Positions 9,217 to 16,742 of a stretch of 64,000 nucleotides of DNA are shown piece after piece; positions within the stretch are counted from its first letter, which is position 1; every line of letters starts with the position of its first letter. The notes below the pieces were generated by a model, which ran no database searches, was not told the origin of the DNA, and worked only from the letters and a program-made list of their open reading frames with translations. The position numbers were made by a program, and so were the translations under genes. This DNA is from an uncultured virus (IMG/VR IMGVR_UViG_3300042569_001770) (taxonomy: Duplodnaviria; Heunggongvirae; Uroviricota; Caudoviricetes). The stretch is taken from IMG/VR virus record IMGVR_UViG_3300042569_001770; one strand, 5' to 3'.

Positions 9217-10268
9217 TTGGATATGTTATTATATAATTCTGTCAAATACTTTGCAACCTCATCTTTATGATCAATATTATCTATAGAAGATATAAAATCT
9301 TCTATATTTTTGACAATATCTATCGTGTTATATTCAACATTGTTGTTTGATATAAAATTGTTAGATAAATCTTTATAATCTATTCTAAAAAATGCTGGAT
9401 TTAAATTTTGAATTTTACTAGACAATAAAGATATATCATCTGCTGACATGTTTTCATCTATAGTTAAACTAATAAAATTATTTGGAATTATTTCTTTTAA
9501 ATGTGCCGATGTAGTTTTACCACATTTAATATTTTTTATACTAACTTTGTGATAAGAAGGGGAAAAATCATTTTGAAAAAATTCAAATGTGTTATTGAAA
9601 GTATCAATGATATAATAACCTCTTATTTCGTCCACGTCTCCAAAATTTTGTTGATAAGGTGAACCCATATAAAGTATTTGACCTTTTGCATACTGTCTAT
9701 GATCTTTGTGATGAAAATGACCAGATATAACAAACGGACTTTTATCTAATAAATTTTTTGATTCTTCCCCTTTGTCACACACCTTAAAAGTATTCATGTT
9801 GAATGTGTTGATTTCAAAATGTCCGAAACAAATATCTGCTTGCGGTATATTATTAGGAGTAATACCCCAAGGAATTAAAGATACGGATTTACTGTCAACT
9901 GTTTTAACTACTAATGGAGTTGTATCTACAACGGTTATGTTAGACCAACCATCAAACAAACAAATAGAATTAACATCTGATCTGTCTTTAAAAAACGAAT
10001 CATGATTGCCGGCAGAAATTAAAACATTAAATTCTTTAAAATATTCAAAAAATTTATTAGCTGTATGTAATGTTTTTACAGATATTTCAGATCTATTATG
10101 AAATATATCTCCAGGAATAATAATATCTTTTATATTATTTTTTTTATAAAATTCTGAAACTCTTTTAGCAAATTCTAAAACACTATCATGCCATATTGGA
10201 TTATCTTGCCCTAATCCAATATGTATATCTGTAAAAGAACCTACCTTTCTTTGCAAAACTTTACTCAT
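9213..10268 (-). CDS. gp47: T4 gp47-like recombination endonuclease (Mre11/SbcD metallophosphoesterase)
   Basis: Motifs TDIHIG, GDIFHNR, GNHD, GHFE, SGHFH and YMGSPYQ. Likely ATG at 10268. Confidence 0.93.
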   Translation of the reverse strand: MSKVLQRKVGSFTDIHIGLGQDNPIWHDSVLEFAKRVSEFYKKNNIKDIIIPGDIFHNRSEISVKTLHTANKFFEYFKEFNVLISAGNHDSFFKDRSDVNSICLFDGWSNITVVDTTPLVVKTVDSKSVSLIPWGITPNNIPQADICFGHFEINTFNMNTFKVCDKGEESKNLLDKSPFVISGHFHHKDHRQYAKGQILYMGSPYQQNFGDVDEIRGYYIIDTFNNTFEFFQNDFSPSYHKVSIKNIKCGKTTSAHLKEIIPNNFISLTIDENMSADDISLLSSKIQNLNPAFFRIDYKDLSNNFISNNNVEYNTIDIVKNIEDFISSIDNIDHKDEVAKYLTELYNNISK

Positions 10269-10941
10269 AGTACTTGCGTTCAATTTCTTTCATTATTTTT
10301 ATTTGATTATTTTTTAATAAATTGTTATATCCTTCTGATACCATCATATATTCTTGCTGATATTTTTCGTGTGCTTCATGTATATGTTTTTCTTTTTTAA
10401 TTCTATTACGAAATGCATTAAATGCAATACGTGTAAAATAAGAAAATGGATTGGTTCCCTTTTCTCTGTCGTATTTTTTAGCCATTAAAGCCTTAAACAT
10501 CCTTACAATACCATCACCAACCATCTCTTCACGGTAAGTGTAATTCACGAAATTAGAAGCATAACTTAATTTATTAGCTATCTTACTAACCATAGAAGCT
10601 AATTCATCAGACATTTCTCCAGAATCATAGTAATTCATTATTTCTTCGTCAAATTTTTTAGGTTCTACATAAAATTTTTCTTTAGGGGCTTTTGGTTTTT
10701 TAGAAAAAACTTCTGTTTCAATTTTATTGATTAATTCTTCTTCAATATCTTCGTCTTCAAGATCTTCTTCATCATCTACTATTTCCTTTGACATAATGGA
10801 AGGAGAATTAAAAAATGAATTTTCATCAAAATCATCATGCCAATTATTATCTTCTTCTAGATTTTCATCTTCAAGATATTCATTAGCTATATCTTCTTCT
10901 TTAAATTTCTTTCTCAGTGACCTTATATTTTTCTTGTTCAT
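10261..10941 (-). CDS. gp55: T4 gp55-like late-transcription sigma factor with an acidic N-terminal extension
   Basis: NFVNYTYREEMVGDGI...NPFSYFTRIAFNAFRNRIKKEK. Adjacent to gp47, as in T4-like phages. Confidence 0.92.
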   Translation of the reverse strand: MNKKNIRSLRKKFKEEDIANEYLEDENLEEDNNWHDDFDENSFFNSPSIMSKEIVDDEEDLEDEDIEEELINKIETEVFSKKPKAPKEKFYVEPKKFDEEIMNYYDSGEMSDELASMVSKIANKLSYASNFVNYTYREEMVGDGIVRMFKALMAKKYDREKGTNPFSYFTRIAFNAFRNRIKKEKHIHEAHEKYQQEYMMVSEGYNNLLKNNQIKIMKEIERKYYE

Positions 10942-12322
10942 ATAATTTTTTTCTTTCTTTTAAATGTATTTTACCATACTTTGTATCATCTGCTATGTCA
11001 AATATATTAGCAGCTTTTTTTGTGGGGTGTAACCTTAATGCTCTTCCTATAGATTGCATTATTTTTATTTTTGCTTTACCCGCAGATCCAAATATGACAT
11101 TATGTAAATTGGGTATGTTGATACCCGTACTAAAAATTTTAGATATAGCAATGACAATAATATCATTATTATCGTTCATGATTTTGCGTATAGATTCTCT
11201 GTCTTCCATTTCTGTAGAACCTTGAATAAAAAATATACGCCGACCAGTTTTATCAATTTCTCTTAATTTAGCCTCTAGTAAAACTCCGTGTTGAATTCTA
11301 TCCGCCATAATAATAGTATTATTGGGCATTTTTAGAGCCAAATTAGCAATGATATTATTGCGATAATCACTGTTTATTAAAAATTCCAATTCTTCTTGGT
11401 ATGGTAATGTGGGGTTACTAAAATCATTAAATGTAGGTTTAAATGGGTGTTTCAATTTTAGAATAATAATTTGAAAATTGGATATGTATGTCTGATTTTT
11501 AAGGTCTACGGTTTTTTCTTCATAGTTTATAGGACCAAATTTCCCTATAATATTCCATTGATCAATGAGAGATGGAGGCATTGTACCTGTAAAACCATAT
11601 AAATGGGGTGTTTTTATTAGCGAAAATATTTTATTAATATTATTGCCCCTACGTATCCCGTGTGCTTCATCACATAAAAACAAATCTATATCACTTAAAA
11701 CAGAAAGATCTGAACTTTTACTCAACAAAATTTGAGTTCCAGCTACTATAATATTTTTAGAAAAGTCTGGTTTATTATTACCAGACCATTTAGTAACATT
11801 CTCTAATCCATAATTTAAAAAATCCCCACAAGTTTGTTCTACTAATTGTATAGAAGGCACCACAACCATTATTTTTGAGTTAGGTTTGTTTAAAAGATTT
11901 ACTATATTTTTAATTAAACCCGCCATAACCAGTGTTTTTCCGCTTGCTGTGGGAAGAATTATCATACCTCTTCCTTGATTTATACTGGTGAGTATGGCTT
12001 TTTCTTGGTAATCTCTAAATGGTATTTTTAATTTTTCTATGTCAGATATATTAAAACCTGGCTGGAAGTATTTGTATACTTCTGGTTCAACAGAAAAAGG
12101 GTGGTGATGTTTTTCTAAGAATGAAATAACTTCTTTGAGAAGTCCTATTTCAAATTTTCCCCCTGGTGTAATACAATACAGGCGTGAAGTTATATAAGGA
12201 ACATTGCTTCTATAAGCTGGATTAGGAACCGAAAAAAATTCTCTAGTTAAAGAAATGATAGAAGTATCTCCAGTCATCTGGAGATTATCTTTTTTCTTAC
12301 CACTAAAGTTTATTTGTATCAT
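10901..12322 (-). CDS. uvsW: UvsW-like SF2 DNA helicase
   Basis: Motifs RDYQ, LPTASGKT, DEAH, GFTGT and QSIGRALR. Confidence 0.93.
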   Translation of the reverse strand: MIQINFSGKKKDNLQMTGDTSIISLTREFFSVPNPAYRSNVPYITSRLYCITPGGKFEIGLLKEVISFLEKHHHPFSVEPEVYKYFQPGFNISDIEKLKIPFRDYQEKAILTSINQGRGMIILPTASGKTLVMAGLIKNIVNLLNKPNSKIMVVVPSIQLVEQTCGDFLNYGLENVTKWSGNNKPDFSKNIIVAGTQILLSKSSDLSVLSDIDLFLCDEAHGIRRGNNINKIFSLIKTPHLYGFTGTMPPSLIDQWNIIGKFGPINYEEKTVDLKNQTYISNFQIIILKLKHPFKPTFNDFSNPTLPYQEELEFLINSDYRNNIIANLALKMPNNTIIMADRIQHGVLLEAKLREIDKTGRRIFFIQGSTEMEDRESIRKIMNDNNDIIVIAISKIFSTGINIPNLHNVIFGSAGKAKIKIMQSIGRALRLHPTKKAANIFDIADDTKYGKIHLKERKKLYEQEKYKVTEKEI

Positions 12323-12717
12323 GTTGTTTCTAATTTGTTTATATCTATAATATTTCTCAAGTCATAAGACATAGATTTGAATATTACTTCTACCTTTTCA
12401 AGATATTGTATTAATATATCCACATCTTGCAGTTCTTCATCTATTTTTTGAATCTGTTCTGTAGAATCTATCTTAGCATCTAAAGCTTTTTTAGGTATAC
12501 CATTAGGTATTTGAGTAGATAACTTGGAAAGTACTTGTTCTTTTATCTCTTTACGTTTTTTTTCTAGTTTATTACGTTCTCTTTTTTGTTGAATTAAGCG
12601 GGCAACCCACTTGTGTTTAATAGCAGGCAATGTTAATTGCTTCTCTAATAAATTAATTTCATCAATTTTAGTGTCATCTAAAATTTCTTTTTTGAACTCT
12701 TCGAAGAGATCTTGCAT
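12319..12717 (-). CDS. uvsY: UvsY-like recombination mediator
   Basis: 132-aa helical protein (DTKID...P..KHKW...YDLRNIID) immediately upstream of uvsW. Confidence 0.78.
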   Translation of the reverse strand: MQDLFEEFKKEILDDTKIDEINLLEKQLTLPAIKHKWVARLIQQKRERNKLEKKRKEIKEQVLSKLSTQIPNGIPKKALDAKIDSTEQIQKIDEELQDVDILIQYLEKVEVIFKSMSYDLRNIIDINKLETT

Positions 12718-12720
12718 AAA

Positions 12721-12728
12721 TATAAATA
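12721..12728 (+). promoter_or_regulatory. T4-type late promoter TATAAATA
   Basis: Exact gp55 consensus 10 nt upstream of the ATG at 12739. It overlaps a divergent TTGTAA-N16-TATTAT promoter for uvsY (12726..12753, minus strand). Confidence 0.7.
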
Positions 12729-12738
12729 ATAACCCACT

Positions 12739-13002
12739 ATGAATAAATTACAACAAATAATATCTCAAATTTTGGAAGATATGAATATAAGTGGAGATGT
12801 TTTAGGAACATTACCTTCACAACCCTCTACACCTATATATAATCCTCCATCAGATATTACTAGTGGAGACAAATATGCTAAAGGGGTTAATTATATACCT
12901 AAGGCTTTAGGTGTACAAAAAAGAAAGTTTCCAGAAACTATTATAACTAATTCTAGAAATAAACGCAAATATAAATTAAAAAAGTCTAAAAAGAAAAAGT
13001 AA
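12739..13002 (+). CDS. small hypothetical protein with a basic C-terminus (possible internal head protein)
   Basis: Late promoter upstream, N-terminal ...ILED, Lys-rich tail. Confidence 0.6.
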   Translation: MNKLQQIISQILEDMNISGDVLGTLPSQPSTPIYNPPSDITSGDKYAKGVNYIPKALGVQKRKFPETIITNSRNKRKYKLKKSKKKK

Positions 13003-13490
13003 TGGCTAACAAAAATAAAACTAAAGGGAAAAATTTTGAAAGACAAATATGTGAAATATTTGCTAAAGTATATAATGTAAATTTTCAAAGAGTTCCCAAT
13101 TCCGGAGCATATACCGGGGGATTAAATGTTAAAAGATACGAAGGTTTAACTCCCGAACAAAAACTATTAGCTGATGGTGATATTATTGTCCCGTCTTTTT
13201 TGTCTCATTTATCTATAGAATGCAAATCTTATAAAGACTTTTCCTTTCATTCTTTATATACCACTCAATCGAGACAGTTAGATGAATGGATTAAACAAGC
13301 ATCATCTACTAAAAAAAGTAAATGGTTATTATTTTTTAAAATAAATAATAAAGGTATATATGTAGTATATGATTATAATCAATTTCCCAATGTAATTAGG
13401 AATAATCATACTGTATATAACAATTATATAATAGAGGTGGCAGAAGATTTTGTCAACAAAAATAAAGAAGAATTATTAAAAAATGGATAA
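13002..13490 (+). CDS. Holliday junction resolvase-like PD-(D/E)XK nuclease (Hjc type)
   Basis: Motifs KGKNFER, RVPNSGA, GDII and IECK. Confidence 0.8.
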   Translation: MANKNKTKGKNFERQICEIFAKVYNVNFQRVPNSGAYTGGLNVKRYEGLTPEQKLLADGDIIVPSFLSHLSIECKSYKDFSFHSLYTTQSRQLDEWIKQASSTKKSKWLLFFKINNKGIYVVYDYNQFPNVIRNNHTVYNNYIIEVAEDFVNKNKEELLKNG

Positions 13491-14034
13491 AGTAACTAAA
13501 TGTATATATTGTGGGTCAACAAGTCATGGTAGACCTTGTTTATTTTCCCCAACAAATACTCATGTACATATGGGTGATTCTGAAAAATGTATATATTGTG
13601 GATCAAAATATTTGGGTTCTGGGTGTATGTTTAATCCTTATTCAAAATTTCATGTAAGAGGTCCGGAATTTTTAAGTAAAGTTAAAGAACAAGTAGAAAA
13701 AACTACATTATTAAATTGTATTTTGGAAAATTTAAATATACAAAATGATTCAAACTATAAATCTCCTTTAGATCGTTTTTATAAAAGAGTAGTATCTATT
13801 ATATCTTCTTTGGGACAACCTTTAATGGAAGCTTTACATTTATCTGAAAAGCCTTCTTATAATAAATTATCTAAAAATCAATTAATAAGGGTTATGGAAT
13901 ATAAACAAGTTTTATCTAAACATTTAAATGAACTTAATAAAGTTTTATTTGATGCTAATACAGAACTCCCAAGAGAATTAGTGGAAGAAATTATTGTTGA
14001 TGCTATAATTTCTAGTAATGAAAAGTCAAAGTGA
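13483..14034 (+). CDS. hypothetical protein with two tandem CIYCGS zinc-finger-like repeats
   Basis: CIYCGSTSHGRPCLFSPTNTHVH and CIYCGSKYLGSGCMFNPYSKFH. Confidence 0.65.
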   Translation: MDKVTKCIYCGSTSHGRPCLFSPTNTHVHMGDSEKCIYCGSKYLGSGCMFNPYSKFHVRGPEFLSKVKEQVEKTTLLNCILENLNIQNDSNYKSPLDRFYKRVVSIISSLGQPLMEALHLSEKPSYNKLSKNQLIRVMEYKQVLSKHLNELNKVLFDANTELPRELVEEIIVDAIISSNEKSK

Positions 14035-14527
14035 AATCTTTGAAAATGAAAAAATTCCGGATTATTTATTTTTTTGTTTAAAAAATCGGTTGATTTTAAT
14101 AAATTATAATTTATTATTAATTATAATAGGAACTAAAGTTATAGATTATATAAATGAATGGAATTTATTAAAAAATAATAAAGTTCCTAATAAAAAAAAA
14201 TATTATATAAATTATCTTAATCTAATATTAAAAGAAGAATTATTAAAAATTAATAAAATTGAAAAACTTTTATCTTCTAAAAGTGTATTATTAATTAATA
14301 AATTAAAAGAAAGAGAAATATGGGTTTCTTTTTTTGAAAATTATATTAATTTCAACAAGCACACAAAAGGTATAATTAAAAAAAATTTTAAATACTGTAT
14401 AGAAACAGATTTGAAGTATGAAAATAGTACAGATTTTTACAAATCTATAAAAATTATAAAAATGAATGGAGAAGAAGAAGAATTTTTAAAAAAAATCCTT
14501 GCTAAATTAAAATTAATGAATAATTAA
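14018..14527 (+). CDS. hypothetical protein
   Basis: 169-aa ORF overlapping the previous gene; very AT-rich. Confidence 0.5.
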   Translation: MKSQSEIFENEKIPDYLFFCLKNRLILINYNLLLIIIGTKVIDYINEWNLLKNNKVPNKKKYYINYLNLILKEELLKINKIEKLLSSKSVLLINKLKEREIWVSFFENYINFNKHTKGIIKKNFKYCIETDLKYENSTDFYKSIKIIKMNGEEEEFLKKILAKLKLMNN

Positions 14528-14529
14528 AT

Positions 14530-14814
14530 TCAGGATGAAGTGACACCTTTATTTTTTAAACTTATTAATTCTTTTAAAGCATCTTCAAATCCAAAAGTAT
14601 TAATTGTACTACTAACGGCAAATGTTATTTCCTTTGTAGTTTCATTTTTATCCTCATTTTCATCCAATATTTCATTAAATTTAGACAAAACCTTGTTTTC
14701 TAATTTATCAAAAAATGGATCTCTCTGAATATTAGGCATTTCTCCACCAAAACTCAATGAACTTGCAGCAAATTTTCCACTTACTCTAGAAGAATATACC
14801 TCACTTAAATCCAT
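14530..14814 (-). CDS. hypothetical protein
   Basis: Likely start MDLSEVY at 14814, directly after the endolysin stop. Confidence 0.55.
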   Translation of the reverse strand: MDLSEVYSSRVSGKFAASSLSFGGEMPNIQRDPFFDKLENKVLSKFNEILDENEDKNETTKEITFAVSSTINTFGFEDALKELISLKNKGVTSS

Positions 14815-14815
14815 T

Positions 14816-15439
14816 TTAAATACAACTTTCCACCAATTTAGCTTCTGCTTCTCTTCTTTCAATTAAACCGTCTAAACCCTTACCTATCCATATTCGTTTC
14901 ATATCACGAAACTCTTCTGCAATTTTTTTATAATTTTTTTGTGGAATTAAATTTTTAATATTAAGCATTTCTTTTCTCTTTTCTCCAACAAGACTAGTCC
15001 CCCTATTAAACACTAAGGAAATAATAGCTCCATACGCATCTGGATTTAATCCGACTAAACCAGGAAATGTTTTTTCTGCTAGTTTTGTAAATTTAGGCCA
15101 GGTAAGTTTTTCAAAAATCTCTAAAGCTTTATCCCAACTTACAGTAATACCAGCCGCTCTCAATTTTTTTGTATACTCTTTACCTTTCTCACCAGTTTTA
15201 TTTGATGCACCTTTTACTAAACTTAATTGATTTTCATCAAGGAAAGAAAATATATCTTCTAATTCTGATGACGTATAATAAGCACAATCAACTCCTATAG
15301 CAATTGTAGGACCAGATGCTCCGCCAGGCCAAGTAAATTTGGAAAGATATTTTTCGTAATAAGACTTGCCTCCTCCTACTTCATATTTCAAAAGTAAATC
15401 AAGTGTTTTTTTAGAAGGTTTAATTGAGTTCATAATCAT
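14816..15439 (-). CDS. endolysin, pesticin-C/GH24 lysozyme-like muramidase
   Basis: Motifs YEVGGG, WPGGASGPTIAIGVD, AIISLVFNRG and GLIERREAEA. Confidence 0.85.
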   Translation of the reverse strand: MIMNSIKPSKKTLDLLLKYEVGGGKSYYEKYLSKFTWPGGASGPTIAIGVDCAYYTSSELEDIFSFLDENQLSLVKGASNKTGEKGKEYTKKLRAAGITVSWDKALEIFEKLTWPKFTKLAEKTFPGLVGLNPDAYGAIISLVFNRGTSLVGEKRKEMLNIKNLIPQKNYKKIAEEFRDMKRIWIGKGLDGLIERREAEAKLVESCI

Positions 15440-15845
15440 CTTCCTTTGCGTTTGTTTGTATAAATGTTACTTCTTCCTTGCTGACTGTATTTTGACCTTG
15501 TACACCCACATTATTACTAGATTGCATTTTATAATCCAATACAGTTTGTACTCCTAAGTAACTTGCTATAATTACGGCAAGAATTTTTATGGTTTCTGTG
15601 AATATGGATACAAAAGGAACAGTCAAACTAGGGGAAGCAGCAGTTAAAAATAAAACTACAATACTAGCGGCATAAAATAAAGCTAGTATAATCACTGAAC
15701 AAAATACTACATAAAATTTTTTAGATGCTAGAAAATTTATTTTACTTAAATCTTCTTTATATTCTGGTGGAGTATTAGGTGGTACTTTACCACTACTCAA
15801 CATAGCACCTGCAGTTTTAGTTATGTCAATAATTTTTTCCCACAT
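15420..15845 (-). CDS. putative holin (2 transmembrane segments)
   Basis: Hydrophobic stretches FYVVFCSVIILALFYAASIVVLFL and ILAVIIASYLGVQ. Directly upstream of the endolysin. Confidence 0.7.
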   Translation of the reverse strand: MWEKIIDITKTAGAMLSSGKVPPNTPPEYKEDLSKINFLASKKFYVVFCSVIILALFYAASIVVLFLTAASPSLTVPFVSIFTETIKILAVIIASYLGVQTVLDYKMQSSNNVGVQGQNTVSKEEVTFIQTNAKEDDYELN

Positions 15846-15846
15846 A

Positions 15847-16452
15847 TTAAAGTATTCCTTTTATTCTAAGATAGGTTGCACCCCCAATTGCAGCGAGTAA
15901 AACAATAATTAAAATATTTCTTTGAAGGATAACCATATCTTTTTCCACTAATTTTTTCTGCATTATATTTAAATCCCTCACCATCTTATCATTATACTCC
16001 ATTTGACGAATTAACTCTTCATCAACTAATTTTTTGGTTTCAACCAAAGAAGCATTGTCTTTTTCTATCTGCTCATACGTTTCCTTGTCCTTTAATAGTT
16101 GTTGATATTCTTCAGAACTGACCACAACAACTGTGTCATTTTTATATTTTTCGGGTATTATTAAAACCCTCTGTTTGTTTATAATAGTAGGTTTGACCTT
16201 ACTTTGACTTGATATATTATCAATATTTTTTTTATATACTGGTTTTATATCTATTCTTTGTTTAGGGGGTCTTACTATTCTAGTTGACTCATTAGCATAT
16301 GTGTCTGCTAAATCTAAGCGAGCAGTGTCCAAAGAGTCTTTAGTAGCATAAACTGAACGAGACAATGCTTCAGATTGTTTTTCTGTATATACAGTGCAAG
16401 AAGATACCATCATACACAGAATCAAAACATAAAAAAAATTTAGTCGTTGCAT
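15847..16452 (-). CDS. putative unimolecular spanin (N-terminal lipoprotein signal, C-terminal TM helix)
   Basis: Lipobox V-S-S-C19, coiled-coil middle and C-terminal ILIIVLLAAIGGATYL. First gene of the lysis cassette. Confidence 0.7.
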   Translation of the reverse strand: MQRLNFFYVLILCMMVSSCTVYTEKQSEALSRSVYATKDSLDTARLDLADTYANESTRIVRPPKQRIDIKPVYKKNIDNISSQSKVKPTIINKQRVLIIPEKYKNDTVVVVSSEEYQQLLKDKETYEQIEKDNASLVETKKLVDEELIRQMEYNDKMVRDLNIMQKKLVEKDMVILQRNILIIVLLAAIGGATYLRIKGIL

Positions 16453-16484
16453 ATAAATATTTATACACGACGACTAAATTTTTT
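16433..16484 (-). promoter_or_regulatory. 15-bp perfect inverted repeat enclosing the late promoter TATAAATA (16458..16465) and the spanin start codon; possible translational-block hairpin or terminator
   Basis: Arms aaaaaatttagtcgt (16433-16447) and acgactaaatttttt (16470-16484), with inner palindrome tataaatatttata (16452-16465). Confidence 0.75.
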
Positions 16485-16504
16485 AATTTAAGATGAATAA
16501 TAAA

Positions 16505-16705
16505 TTATTCTTCGGAAGAATTATTACCCTTTAATTCATCTAATTCTTTCTTATATCCGTCAATGATTTTTTGAGCCTTCAGTAATTCAGCTTCCAATAA
16601 AGCTACATTATTGAGTGCATCATTGCGTTGTGTTTCAATCCTTTTGATTAAGGTTTGAAAGTATTCTGTCTCTGGAGACGTTTGTTGTTGTTGTGTATTT
16701 TCCAT
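16505..16705 (-). CDS. small coiled-coil protein
   Basis: 66 aa with a heptad pattern; TAAATA lies just upstream. Confidence 0.6.
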   Translation of the reverse strand: MENTQQQQTSPETEYFQTLIKRIETQRNDALNNVALLEAELLKAQKIIDGYKKELDELKGNNSSEE

Positions 16706-16742
16706 ACTAATTTATTTAATTTAAAAGTTAAATAGTCAACTA

